A DNA stretch of 64,000 nucleotides from Felis catus (GCF_018350175.1 NC_058368.1:28026001-28090000), one strand, 5' to 3'; positions 1 through 12,319 are shown, numbered from the stretch's first letter. The notes: generated by a model from the letters alone, not told the origin. A program made the numbers and translations.

Positions 1-22
1 AAAATATCTTGACCTCCTATAG

Positions 23-65
23 AGGTGGTATTTACCCTACGCTTTTCAGCCACTATGTCATACAG
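23..65 (+). CDS. Candidate penultimate coding exon of an unidentified gene (exon 23-65, or micro-exon 50-65 using the stronger acceptor)
   Basis: Donor CAG|gtaacg at 65/66. Acceptors cctatag (ends 22) or tttaccctacgcttttcag (ends 49). Open frame ...T-M-S-Y plus AG, phase 2, which joins in frame to the exon at 945. Confidence 0.4.
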
Positions 66-944
66 GTAACGTGAAGTTCCTGTCTGCACTGCAGCGTGCA
101 TAAGTTGGGCAATATTTCTAATTTGCTAAATTATTTTCTTGTATTTAGAGAAATTATGGTTTGAGGAGTTGGGGAGAGATATTAAAAAAATAACTGTGTA
201 GTCTGCTCTCTTTAATGAATTTCTTAAATTCTTCTTACAACTACTCATTTGAGTCTGTCTACTGTTCTATTTCTATATTCCATTCTTACAACTTGACATC
301 AGTTTGATAAATGTAAGTGAAGAATTAGTTGATCTTGTAGATACTCCTGCATTTATTAATGAACTCTTAGATTCAGATGGACTTTGAGAAGTCGCGTAAT
401 AATATACTTGTTTTCAAAACACTCAGTTAAAACATGATCCTACAAAAGGCCTTTTATGTCATTCTCCTTAATGGTAGGATGAAAATTAAGCCTGAATCCC
501 ATGTCTCTCTAGGGATGTAAGACTTTTATTCCCTAGCTTTTCCTGAGGATGTATATTTAGCGTTCATTTCTCGTGAATCTTCATTTTAAATGTTTTATAA
601 TATTTCCATATTGTCATCACACTTGCTAGACACATCAAACCACTCAAGTGTAACTTGTCTTACTTTTAGAAAGACTCGTAATTTCTTAACATAGCTGAGG
701 AGCTAGACCTTTTTCTGTACTGTGATAAAAGATGATGTTTGTATCTTATATCACACATTCGGGCAATACAAATTTTCAAGTGCATTACTGAAACTTTGGC
801 CTCTCATATTAAATTTCCTCCAGATATCAGAGTCTATTCCACAGAGGTGGAATTAATCTCCTCTACTGAGACAAGATGTTCCCATTATTCACCAAGATAA
901 CTAGTACCCAGATTTGCTGACAAGATCCTTTTTCAAATGTTCAG

Positions 945-1008
945 ACTGAAGAGGAGCAAAACTCACTTAGAAGAAGAAGACAGTGGGGTTGAAGATCAAC
1001 CTTCCTAA
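945..1008 (+). CDS. Candidate last coding exon, (R)LKRSKTHLEEEDSGVEDQPS-stop
   Basis: Branch-like gctgac, tcctttttc tract and ttcag acceptor ending at 944. Purine-rich, exon-like composition. TAA at 1006-1008. Phase matches the upstream donor at 65. Confidence 0.5.
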
Positions 1009-1123
1009 TATTCAGAACATGAGTTATTTCGATCCTTCTTCTTTAAACGCATATGACTCAAGGTGTACATACACCCAAGATGCATAATCAGAGGTTAAGT
1101 AAGAGATTAGTATGGTTTTCCTG

Positions 1124-1150
1124 AATAAACGAAATTGTATTTTGTCTGTG
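1124..1150 (+). terminator. Candidate polyadenylation signal (AATAAA) with downstream GU-rich stretch
   Basis: aataaa at 1124-1129, about 115 nt after the candidate stop, followed by tgtattttgtctgtg. Confidence 0.4.
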
Positions 1151-1467
1151 TAACACATAAAATCTGGAGAAATTACTCCTCACATATTTCTACTTTGGCT
1201 TCACGTTACAGTATGATTTTTTGAGTCTCTATTTATTATAGACTCTTTGGTCATTTTCATATGACTAAGGCCCTAAAACAATGAATATATTACAAAAAAT
1301 TTGGGAAAGAAATCTACCTTAACTTAAGGGAATTAAAAGACTGATACGGCATTTACAAGAGAAGAGTGCATAGCTTATATTGAAAACTTATATAAAGTTA
1401 AGTATTCCAAACAAATGTGGCTGAGCTGTTCTGTCAGTCCTTCATATTTTAAAAACATTTCTGAAGT

Positions 1468-1680
1468 CGGGGCGCCTGAGTGGCTCAGTCGGTTAAGCGT
1501 CTGACTTCAGCTCAGGTCATGATCTCACAGTTTGTGAGTTCGAGCCCCGCGTCCGGCTCCGGGCTGACAGCTCAGAGCATGGAAACTCCTTCGGATTCTG
1601 TGTCTCCCTCTGTCTGCCCTTCCGCTGCTTGCAGTCTGTCTCTTGCACTGTCTCAAAAATAAATAAACATTAAAAAAAAA
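1468..1680 (+). mobile_element. CAN-SINE (SINEC, felid type)
   Basis: ggggcgcctgagtggctcagtcggttaagcg head, CT-rich part, A tail. Perfect 17-bp TSD aaaaacatttctgaagt (1451-1467 / 1681-1697). Confidence 0.97.
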
Positions 1681-1695
1681 AAAAACATTTCTGAA

Positions 1696-1892
1696 GTAGT
1701 TTGTGGTATAATGAAACTCTCTTTATTGGAAGATTTAGTCCCCAAAAGAGCAGGTACTTCAGATTTGAGCTCTACTAACAAACTGTGTGAGTCCATGTTT
1801 TCAGATCTCAGTTTCTTATTCTACAAAAAAAGGAAGGGTTGACTCTGATAATCTCAATCATCTATCCCAGTTCAAAAAAATATCTAATTATA
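1696..1892 (+). mobile_element. MIR-family SINE, degraded
   Basis: Core-like ctgtgtga...ctcagtttcttattctacaaaa...gggttgact...cccagttc. Confidence 0.6.
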
Positions 1893-2655
1893 GAATTTTA
1901 AGTTTGTTGTAACTTTTCTGATCAGTGAGGTTGATGGTGAGCTAAGATCAGCCAACATCAGGGGAAGCATCAACTACTTCTTAGCCCAAATAAACTCTAA
2001 TTCTGAACCAGGGGTCTTGGACATAAGGAATAGAAGTACAATTATGAGCTCTTATGAACTGGTTATATGAAGTTGACTGTCGCAAAGAGAGGGCACTTGA
2101 TGGTAAACTGAAGTCATCAAAAAGTGGCAATGTAAGTGTGCAGGTGTGTGTGCATGTGTGAGGAAGTGTGCTTGCGATTTTGGAGGAAGATGAAAATATT
2201 GGTGTAGACATGGTGAGAAACAGTAGAGCTTCCCTCCAAGGAGCCCTGTTTTCAAGCTCTTTGGCAATCTTGGTAGGATGTGACATTCTTATAAGAGGTC
2301 GTAATTTGGTTCACACATACCAATTTCAGATTACTCTCCTCCCTCTTTCAAGGCAAAGGCATAATTAAAGTGTCCATCGATCTGGTGCATATCCCTGTGA
2401 AAATGTCTGGATTAAGGAACTGTTCAGCTCAAGGACGCTTTAAAGTTGAATAACTTGGCATTTTAAGAATTTGTTTTCTTTTTTGAAAAAGACGACATGC
2501 AGAGCAAATTATTCCATTTCCAAATGAAATTGCTACAAATGATGTTTCCAAACTAAGAGATTACAAGAAAAACAATTACAATAGGTAAGTTCTTATCAAT
2601 AATCACATCAACACATCTTAATACACAAAGGTACTTCAGTGATTACCTTTTGTAT

Positions 2656-2865
2656 CAAAAGCTGGCAGATTACAGCTCATGGGCCAAATCTGGACCGCCA
2701 CCTGTTTTTATAAATAAAGTTTTATTGAAACACAGCTACACACTTTCATTTATGTATTCTCTATGTTTGCTTACTGCTACAGTGGAAGAATTGAGTTGTG
2801 GTGACAGAGACCTATGGCTTAAAAAAAATGTACTATCTGGTCCTTTACAGGTTTACTAACCTCTG
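2656..2865 (+). mobile_element. MER58A-like hAT-Charlie DNA transposon (MITE)
   Basis: gggccaaatctggaccgccacctgtttttataaataaagttttattgaaacacagc...tactatctggtcctttacag...ctctg matches the recalled MER58A consensus end to end. Confidence 0.85.
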
Positions 2866-2939
2866 ATCTAGATCAATGGTTTATTATTATTATTATTAAT
2901 TTTTACATATGAGTGTCCCTGGCCATGTTTTCAAATAAC

Positions 2940-3478
2940 TAGGTAACTATTGTTTTCCCCTGTGACAAATTTTTCCTGATAAGACTTGTTTTACGTCCCC
3001 TGGTACCCACCAGCAGCCTTCTTTCCTAACTCAGCCTTCTTTCCTAACCAAGCACTGATTTTTGCAACTAGAATTCTCCGTAAAACTTAGGTGCTGCCAG
3101 GTAGACACATTCATGCAGGTTTTTGAAGGTCTTAGAAACATGGAACATTTCTGCAGGATAGTCCAATGTTCATTCTTTGGCTAGAAATTGAGGCAGTGGA
3201 GGTGGTAGCTTCTGGCTCCCCCAATCACAGCTTTGGTGGTGCATTCTTAAACTCTAGTTCCAGCGGTGGCCCTATAATCCCTTCCCTTCCTGAGAAGGGC
3301 TGAGATGGTAGGGCTCCTGGCAGGAGGCTGCAGTATTCTGGGTCGTTCCAGAAGCCTCGTCCTGAAATGGCTCCTAAGGCCTTTCAACAACTTTGCAAGT
3401 ATGTATCTGAATTGAATCCTCGTGTTTTTACAATGCCTTTAGTGCCTTTTATTTTCTCTACAACACGTAGCTGTTATA
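2940..3478 (+). mobile_element. Old ERVL-type solo LTR (LTR67B/LTR79-like)
   Basis: 3' part ctttcaacaactttgcaagt...tgaatcctc...tagtgccttttattttctc...ctgttata resembles ERVL LTR 3' ends. Boundaries approximate. Confidence 0.45.
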
Positions 3479-3639
3479 TCTTGATCACATGCTGAATTCT
3501 CATATACCTGAGTCTGGTTTGAGATTCTTTCTTCTCTTCCATCCATCCAAAGTCTCCTTCAGCTCCATTATTGTGGTTTTGAGCTTTCTGTTCCGTAGGG
3601 TGTGAATCCTTCTGTTAAACTTTTTTTGGAGGAAGGCCA

Positions 3640-3850
3640 GAGCATTCTTGACCATTAACCCTTGCAAACAAATTTTAGAAACAACTTGTCAAATCGCCCT
3701 GCAACTGCCCACAGCAAAAGAAAATAACGGAGTTTTTCATTAAAATTGTATTATATTTATAACTTACTTGAGGGATTAACTAACGCCTTTACAATATTAG
3801 TTCTTCCTGTGGAAGAACATGGTTTGCCTCTTTCTCTTTAAGCCTTCTTT
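3640..3850 (-). mobile_element. Ancient L1 (L1M) ORF2 fragment
   Basis: aattttagaaacaacttgtcaaat...tttacaatattagttcttcctgtggaagaacatgg, antisense to the L1 ORF2 [13 protein letters not shown] region. Confidence 0.7.
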
Positions 3851-4044
3851 TATAGGAGAACAAAGGAAAGAAAAAAACACAGATTTCCCACAATTATGGT
3901 TATTCTTTTAAGATGGATACTGAAACAAACGGTAACATCATGAGGGCAGTATGTATTCTGGAAGGTTTTAAAATAAAATTACTAATCAAATAGCATCTAT
4001 ACATTTGGAAAACAATAATGAATATAAGTGAAAGATATTAATTT

Positions 4045-4262
4045 TTATTAAGTTTTTTAATATTTATTTTATTTTTGAGAGAGAGAGAGAGAGAGCATGA
4101 GCAGGGGAGAGACAAAGAGAGAAGGAGACACAGAATCTGAAGCAGGGTCCAGGCTCTGAGCTGTTAGCACAGAGCCTGACATGGGGCTTGAACCCACAAA
4201 CTGTGAGATCATTACCTGAGCTGAAGTCAGATGCCTAAGCAACTGACCCACCCAGGTGCCCC
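4045..4262 (-). mobile_element. CAN-SINE (SINEC)
   Basis: T tail, (GA)n, ...cccaggtgcccc. Degenerate TSD aagatatta / aagacatta. Confidence 0.95.
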
Positions 4263-4439
4263 AAGACATTATTTATTGGACCTAAAGATATTTGGGGTAC
4301 ATATGGATTTGAATGCCTCTTGAAATAATTCCGAGGATTTCCAAAGTTCTCTAGCTAATGGATAGGAAACCACCAATCTAGACCACCCCCCACAGTGATA
4401 ATTCTTTGGACACGTTCCCGGTTAATCACGGTAGAAGCT

Positions 4440-4830
4440 TGTGTGAAACAGTAAGGAGAATTCACTACTTGGTGGGGCAGCCATTTCATTCCTAGAAAAA
4501 TCTAATAAAAAAGGATTATTCTTCATGTGGAGTGAGATCTACCTATGGTCCTGTCCCCTAGAGCTAAAGTGAACACATTTATTCTCTGGAGCATTCCAGT
4601 TCTTCAAATATCTCATAATAATTTTCATCTCCTCTGTGCCCAGCTAGTTCCTTCAATTTCCCCAAACCATTTACCATTCTGGTCACCTTTCTGCAAATAT
4701 ACCTAAAGTTTTTCAGAATCTCGTTTAATTGGAGAAACTCAGCAGGTGCTAACCCAGCACTCCAGATGTGTTCTAACATTGGAATAGGGTATTTTAACTC
4801 TGATTGCACTTTTAGCTCACATTGCACATT
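4440..4830 (-). mobile_element. CR1/L3 LINE fragment (RT C-terminal region)
   Basis: Minus-strand translation RKVTRMVNGLGKLKELAGHRGD resembles the CR1 motif RRATKMIRGLE..LKELGL..RLRGD. The ttcactact...gcagccatttcatt stretch is also CR1-like. Confidence 0.65.
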
Positions 4831-4899
4831 TTACCACCTAGGTTTTGGTTTTTTCCTGCCTGAACTTTAAAGCCAGGTAGCTCTAAGTCTGCACATAAA

Positions 4900-5320
4900 A
4901 AATTAATTAATTAATTAATTAAAAGCTTTTTCTTTGGAAATAATTTCTGATCTATGAGAAGAATAGTACAAAGAACACCCACATATCATTTACCCAGATT
5001 CACAGTGTTTAACATTTTACCCAATTTGCTTTACCATTTGCTTTTTCTCCCACTCTTCTCTCTCCGGTTCTGTCTCTCATCATTTATGACCATATTTAAA
5101 TATATTGGTGTTCACATTGTCCCAAATTTGGGCAGTGAGAGCACTTCAGGTGGCGTTTGTGTCCTTTTGCCACGTTCCCATCACTTTTTTTGAGCACGTC
5201 CTAATTTTCTGGCAGAGTCAGATGTTCCGGGCTCTCCCACACTCTGCCAGCACTGGAAACAGCCGCTTCTCCAAAGAGTCATAGTTCCTGTTAGTGGCGA
5301 ATTAAATGTGTACTTTATAA
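4900..5320 (-). mobile_element. Ancient L1 (L1MC/ME-like) 3' UTR fragments
   Basis: aatagtacaaagaacacccacata...tttacccagattcac...aacattttacccaatttgc and ttttttgagcacgtcc...ttctggc...agatgttccgggctc. Confidence 0.6.
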
Positions 5321-8139
5321 TCAGTTGATATTTTAAGAGCCAGCTATTTGGAAACAGATCCAGGACCAAAGTCAGGTCTTCTAACCCTCAAGTACCCATT
5401 CTGTCTATTTTATTACCTTTCAGCCGTCATATAGCACTCAACAATAACGTGTGTTAAGTTTCATTCTGTTGATTTTGTGCCATCATTTCGACATCCTGAG
5501 ACATTTATTTATTAACCAGTATCTTCATTGGCTACTCAATCCTCATTCAAATGCTTCAAAAAGTTTCTAAACTAAGATTGGATCTGTTTCCAACTTCAGG
5601 GAAGATTTCTTGGGCTGAGTTATAAATCTTTGAATAATGAGGTTTTTAATGAAACCCAGGCTAACACATCGTTAACTGTGGAGAGAGAATGGGGCTCTTA
5701 TAATCACTATTTTTTTGGCGCTTAATGGAAAAATGCAGAATATTGAAAATGTTTTCTTGTTATTACTTAATTTGTCAAAACCCCATCATTTATGCCACAT
5801 TTTAAATGAGGTGGAATAGTTTTTAAAGATGTTACAGAGATCATTACAAAAGCACTGGGAAGCTGAATACAGTGAGAGGGGATGGGGGAGGAGGCACAGG
5901 AGAAAAACGAATTACTAAGCTCCACGTGAATCCGGGCTCCGGCAGCTCATCGCCGACAGTCCACAGGGGGACATGATATGAAAGTTAAAATGGGATCAAG
6001 ATAGGTGTGTTGACAGTTCTGAATCCATAACATCCATCCATCCCAAGGCACCATCTGTTACATCTTCAGTCTTTTTGTGAGTGTCAGCAGTGGAGGTAAT
6101 TAAGCAAATGAGCAGCTAAAATGGAAGTTCCCAGAAAGGAGGAAAGTTAGCAAAACTGTAACAACGGGGTGTCGTCGTAGGAGCAGAGGCTGAACACCTG
6201 GGTAAGGCAGAGTGGATCGGTGGTGGGACTGGAGGGTGGGAGAGCCCATGGCTTGGTAGTGCTTCCTGGTTTCAGGAGCTACAGATGGCAAAGGGAAAAT
6301 GCCTCTGATTTCCTTATTAAGGAGAAAGAAATGTACCCATGATCTTGGACACACCCTGAAGGGAAAAGGGGCCAATTTGTATATCAGTGGCACCAAGGAC
6401 AGGGCTGCCTGCATTTGCAAATCTCCCAAGATCACTGCTCCTTTGAACAAAGTTGGCTGAGGCACCTGTGGGAGCTCTAGTCTGTTTTGGCAGTTGGTCG
6501 GGCAGCGAGGGGCCTGTCTTGGCCGTGGGACACCAGAGGGTCTAGCACGATCCAGGTAAGAGAAGGACCACGTTATCGAGGCTGAGTTAGCTGCAGAGGG
6601 TGCTGGCCCCGGCATGAGATCATGCAGCCTCTGTGTTCCTTGTGTGGGGAGCCATGCCTAACCAAACTCAGAGGGCTGGAGAATGGAGAGAAAGGAAGCC
6701 CGTAACCTCCCTGATGCCTTTGACAACAAAGTGTTAGTGGACCACAGAGGAAACGGGGTTCCTTTATTCCACATCGTGATCTTTTGTGCCTTTGGTGCTA
6801 CTGTTTTCCTTATATCTTGATCCCTTAGGCTTTCTTAACTTTACCCCCTTCTTCCCTTCCTTGTTTTTCCAGTCCTGCTCCAAAAGCCTGTAAGGAAATT
6901 CAACCTCCCCCTAGACTCTGTAAAAGTTCAGCCACTAATCCTCTCCCTGGTCTGAGGATCATGAGGAGTGTTTCCTTGGAGCACGCTGTTTGCCTTGATG
7001 CTCCTCCTACTCTAACCTTGGACACCGTTTCCAGAGCCTGGGCTCCTGCCGTGTTTTCCCCACCAGGCTCCTGCCAGTAACCAGCTTCTTACTTTTGTTG
7101 CCCTTGCCTGTGTCTGTGCTGTGCTTCCCTGCCCAAGATCCTTCCTCCTCAGGGACCCCCTGCAGGACTCCCTGGGTCGACCCCTCTGTGCTTGGACTTC
7201 TTACCAATGTGCGGGTCCCAGATGCCCTATCCAAAGGCTCCATCTGTAGGCTGAGATCTCAGTTTGCTGCACACCTGTTGCAGACTGCTTGCCTGTGACT
7301 GCCCAGAGCATCCTTCACACATTTACTCTGTCCCCTCTCCCTTCAGCTGGGTCCTCTGGGCTTCAGTGCTGATGGAAGCTCTTCTTCCAGGCCAGAGCTG
7401 AGATGGTGATTGAGGCTTGCGTCTGGAAACAGGTAAATGGTGCCAGTTGAGTATAAGCACATTGCAAGGAATGTTCTAGTAATATGGACATATTCAAAAG
7501 AACTAGTGTCCTGGCTGAGACTAGATAGCATCAAAACTGTCCCAAATTCGTGGGCTCTTAAAATAGTTTCAATTAGTTTCAGTTCCCTGAACAGACTTGG
7601 GGGCGCGGTATGCTCCACAGTGTTCTCACACTGATTCAGCTAATAGTTGTCAAGCTATTTGCTCTTGGGGCCTTAATGACTCAGGTAGGCAAGGTAAACA
7701 GCTGCGAATCTGCGTTAGGATGCAATTTAGTCAGTCAAGGAGGAATGCTCCTTGGTGGGAGGCGTTTGGTTTCAAGAAAGGAAATGCTGCCTATAAACAT
7801 GCAGATCAAAACTTTTTTAAAGCGTCCCATCCACCCCCTGAGGACTAGGCATCTATTTGTGTTGTTCTTTTTGTCTGGGCGAATCTCATGACCAAGATGG
7901 AAGCTGTGTAGACCATCCCGGCCTTTTAGAATGCAACTAAGTAGCCCAAGAAGAATGAAAAAAAGTGTCTCCAGTTACTGCCTGTATAGATTTGCTATAG
8001 AACAGGTCCTGGGATCACAGTCTAAGGAAGGTATTAGTACCACATTGGGTCCATAATGGGTAGAGTCCACTCATAAGGCGGGAAGAGAATTCACTCTGTC
8101 AGTCACCACATTTTAGGCCAACAGTCTATGGACAAGTCT

Positions 8140-8566
8140 GGAGCCTCTGAGAGGCAGGTGCCCAGAAGAGATTAAATATGCAAGAAACTTATTACAAAAA
8201 CACGTGTGACAGAAAACGAGCTGAGATCCAGGAGAGGCTAGGTGAGCCATCAGAGCATAACGCAGGTCTGACTTGAGTGAAGGATTGGGGGGAAGAAGGG
8301 GATTCCAGTGGAAGCATTTTCTCAGTGCAGTTCTAAGGAAAGTTTGGGAAGGCCATTGGGTCAAAGTTGTTTGTCAGAGGGACACTACATTTCCTGGGAA
8401 CGGACCCGCCTTAGTACTCCCGTGGCACTCACGGGGAGCAGCCCATGGGAAGGTGGGTTCAGTATACACAAAGCAAAGGATTTTAAAACACAGCAACTAA
8501 GGCCATCGGCTGATTATAATCTTTGCAGTCCGAGACCTGGGAGGCTAATTCTCACATTGATCATAT
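8140..8566 (-). mobile_element. ERVL solo LTR (LTR33/LTR40/LTR41 group)
   Basis: gagattaaatatgcaagaaacttatt...gcaggtctgac...cagtgcagttctaaggaa...gggaacggacccgccttagta...ggagcagcccatgggaag. Confidence 0.7.
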
Positions 8567-8724
8567 GAAATGACCAACCCAGACTCTCACAAGTTGCTTA
8601 TGTTTGTATCCCGTCCACTATTAACGTATTTAAGGAGGTTTACATCAATAAACAAACAAAATGTCAGGCAAAGAAAAATAAATAAATCAGTATAACACCG
8701 GGGAGAAAAAAAGATAAGATAATA

Positions 8725-8944
8725 AGAATAGCTACTTTTTATTTAGCACCTACCAAGCACCAGATACACTCTACCCTTACCTTTAATCCTTAACAACAAC
8801 CTCGAAAAATCATTTTACCAATGAGGGCACATGTGTAAAGGGGTTAAGTGACTGTCTAAGGCCACACAGCCAGCATGTTGAGTAGTCAAGTCTGAAACCA
8901 CACCTTTGGGCTCCAAAGTGCACTCTTTCTACTCTGTCACACTG
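8725..8944 (-). mobile_element. MIR SINE
   Basis: tttagcacctacc...tttaatccttaacaacaacc...atgaggg...ggttaagtgactgtctaaggccacacagccag...ctccaaag. Confidence 0.8.
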
Positions 8945-9315
8945 AATACAAGAAGAGAAGACAGCAATTATGTCAGAACATGCTGAGAGAAGTTGCTGCC
9001 ATGAGCACAGACCTAAACACTGAACATCCTGGCAGCCCAGGAAAAGGGAGGGATGCTGAGTTATAATTGTGTCTGTTGGCTTTTAGAAGAAGCACATGAG
9101 AAGGTAACCACTCTCCTAGCCTAGAGTTCTGAAAGAAATTTGGTGAATCATACCTGAGAATAAAGACTACTGGAAGACTCTTGGAAACAGAGGAACAGTA
9201 ATGGATAGATTGTGTGTCTGCGGTAACTTTCATTTATGAGGAGTACGTAGCATACAGGGTTGAGCACATTTAGCCCCATGGGCAGGTAGGAGGAATTTGG
9301 ACCCTTCTGTGTCCG

Positions 9316-9919
9316 TGTAGTAAAGGCTTAACTCCCCAGATTGGGAGTGCCCAAATGTTGTACATTCTAAAGAAACGGCTAGTCCTTGACTGGTTCCAAG
9401 AAGATCCACACCAAGCCCTTGGAATATCCTGCCTGATAGTCGTGTCTTTGTATACCTGGGGTCTTGGGCCATGATAGACAGTTTCTTCCAACCGTGTGAT
9501 TTATGACAAATGCCTCTTTCTGTATTCCTGGAGTCCTGCAGCATTTCGACCTCTGAGGGGATTGGAGACTGAGGAGTCAAGGCCAGTCATGTGGGTGCTC
9601 CTGCCTATGTGACGGGCTGATCCCCAGTAAAAACCCTGGATGCTAAGGCTGGCTGGCAATAATTCATACGTGTTGTCATGCATCATTGCTGGGAGAATTG
9701 AGTGCTGTCTATGTGACTCCACAGGCTGAGGACAGCTGGAGGTTCTGTTGCCTGGTCCTCTCCAGAGCCCATGACCCTATGCACCTTTTTCCTTTGCTGA
9801 CTTCAGCCTGTGTCCTTTTGCTGAAATAACCATAACCATGAGTATAGCAGCTTTTCTGGGTCCTGTGTGTCTTTTCAATAAATCATCAAACCTGAGGGTA
9901 GGCCTGGGACACTTGACAC
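9316..9919 (+). mobile_element. MER21-family solo LTR
   Basis: TG start; aagcccttggaatatcctgcctgata...ccccagtaaaaaccctgga...ttgctgggagaattgag...aatcatcaaacctgagggt...gacac end. Confidence 0.8.
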
Positions 9920-11324
9920 CCTGTCTTTACTCTTGCTCCTTCCCTTCAACTTCCTCCCATCAACTCACATCTTCCCCCTTTCTGACTTCCCTTCCTCCCT
10001 GTGTCCCTCACTGCATTCTCTTAAAGGGGCAGACAGTAAGCTCTCGTGGTTGGGCAGTTTTCTTTCTCCACCTCAAACCTTGCTACCAACTGTAAAATGG
10101 AGTGAGGTGCACCCATATTTATAATTCTTTCTATTCTTGGATCTTCCATCACTTAACCAACAGCATTGGACTTTCAGAAGAGCAGGGAACCATGCAGTAC
10201 TTTTTCCACTGCACAAATGAGAAACCCGAGACCCAGGTGTGACGGATTATCTGTGCCGTATGGAGCTGATCCAGGGGCCATGCTTAGGAGTGACAAAGCT
10301 GGCTTATTGGTTATTGCTTCGGGTCCCCAAGTCCTTGGCTCTTGTTAAGATCATCTGATTAAATTATGGCTAGATTGAGAAAGATGACTTTGAAAACAAA
10401 CCGCCTCCAGTTGCTTCTCCCTGCTCCCTGGGGGATGCGTTTTCAGTCAGGTGTTATACCCACCGATTTCATTAGCATTGAGTTATAAGGATAAAAATAT
10501 CCCACCCTTGTCACTGACAAGTTACCCTCTGCACTGAACTTACCGAGTCATCTTTTCTCTGGCAATTTTGTCAGTGACATGTTTGTTGTTGTCAGCAAGG
10601 AAAAGCCAGCGCAACTGATTCAGGGTGACCTGGGCTCTGTTCCGCTCCGTGCATCAATAAAATTGCCAGGTCTGCTTTGATTTCAGAATTTGTATTGTAG
10701 GTAATGATGATATATGAGCTCATGGCACAGATTTGATTCTCAGAGATAAGAATGGTTCTGGCAGCTAAGGAGGGGAAAAATAATTTTGATCTACAGGATA
10801 GACGGGCTTCTTTTGATATGGATGTCATCAACGGGAAATTCAGATGAGTACAAGACGTCATCTCTGCCCCGAGGGTTGGCCTGTGTGGACAAAGGAATAG
10901 AAGCCACAGTGATGCCAGAGAAGTGAAGAGAGGGATCTGTAGTGGAATGGGTGGGGAGAAAGCCAATTGGGGAGACCAAATTTCAAGTCGGCTGAATTCC
11001 ATCCATGCTCTATTATGCCCAGCAGCTAGGGTCACGCTGAGGACACAATCAGGTTCAAGCAAATGATTACCGTCCTTGGACCCTGGTAATCTGAAAAGAC
11101 AATTACAGCCCAGGAAGTAAGCATCTGCAGGGCAATCGGGATAACAGGGGCCAACTGACACGCCCCCCAAATGAGACTGTGAGGAACAGTCAGGTGCTAG
11201 TGATAATTAAAAATGCCAGGCAGCACTGGGGAGTGCTGACCGAGTGGAAGTTTCCATGAGGTAGTTCCCTCCCAGGCCCTGCTCTGACCGAGCAGGTTTG
11301 AACTGTCCTAGATAAGAATTTTGG

Positions 11325-11870
11325 TGTGTGTAATGAAATATGCATAACCGTTTGTAAGCATGTACTTCAGTAGCATTAGGTATATTCACATTGTTGTGTA
11401 ACCATTATCATCATCCATCTCCGGGAGTTTTTCATCACCCCAAATGGCAACTCTGTATCCATGATAGCATGACTCTTCATTCTGCCCTCCCTGTCAGCCT
11501 CTGGTAACCGTTATTCTCCTTCCTGCCTCTACGAATCTGCTTATTCTAGATGCCTCACAAAAATGGCCTCTTACAGTATCTGTCCTTTGGTATCTGAATT
11601 ATTTCGCTTAACGTAATGTTTTCAAAGTTCATTCATACCGGTAGTCTGTATCAGAATTTTACTCCTTTTTAAGGCTGGATAATATTCCATTGTAGGTGTG
11701 TGCCACCTCTTGTTTATGGAAACCCAATATTTGAATTGTTCCCAGCTTTTGTGGTGAATAATGCTGCTATGAACATGGGTGTGGAAATACTTACTCAATT
11801 TCTTGCTTTCAGTTCTTTGGGGAATCTACCCTGAAGTGGAATTGAGGGATCATATGGTAGTTCTACCTTT
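11325..11870 (-). mobile_element. L1MB-like 3' end fragment
   Basis: cagtagcattaggtatattcacattgttgtgtaaccatta...aatattccattgta...gaataatgctgctatgaacatgggtgt...agtggaattg. Confidence 0.85.
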
Positions 11871-12319
11871 TAAAAAGCACGTCCTCCTGGCTTCGTTTCA
11901 GATCACAGTTCTACAATTTATTAGACCTGTCCGTTCATCAGAAGAAATGTGAAAACATACCATGTGCTTAAATTTCCAGCCACAATTCAGTACTAGCAAT
12001 GGGTAAACTTAGAACTGGTCAAGAAGGGGGGAAAAATGGAATTATAAACTCTTCTAAAAAAAATCTTTATCAAACTGTAAGTCCTTAAAAAATAGGTACA
12101 TCTGTGGTCCAGTACTTAATTTTATGTAACATATACAATAGGAGCTCAATAAATCAACTTCAGTATTTATTGAGCAATTGTTACATGCTCTGCACGGAAG
12201 CGTGAGCATCATTCTCCTGATTTTAAGAAGTGTGCGTGGGCCACATGGAAACTGTAAGATGATATGCAACAAGGTGGCAATTACGTAAAATTAGTGCAAA
12301 CATCTGGATCCAACAGGGT

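Noticed and set aside
1468..1560. tRNA gene calls in SINE heads
   Set aside because: The A/B-box tRNA-like sequence continues into the SINE body, CT tract and A tail, so these are not true tRNA genes.
6100..6615. 171-aa minus-strand ORF
   Set aside because: No recognisable protein features; probably a chance frame in degraded repeat or unique DNA.
10592..11170. 192-aa minus-strand ORF
   Set aside because: Non-ATG start, no recognisable domain or codon pattern; overlaps enhancer-like DNA.
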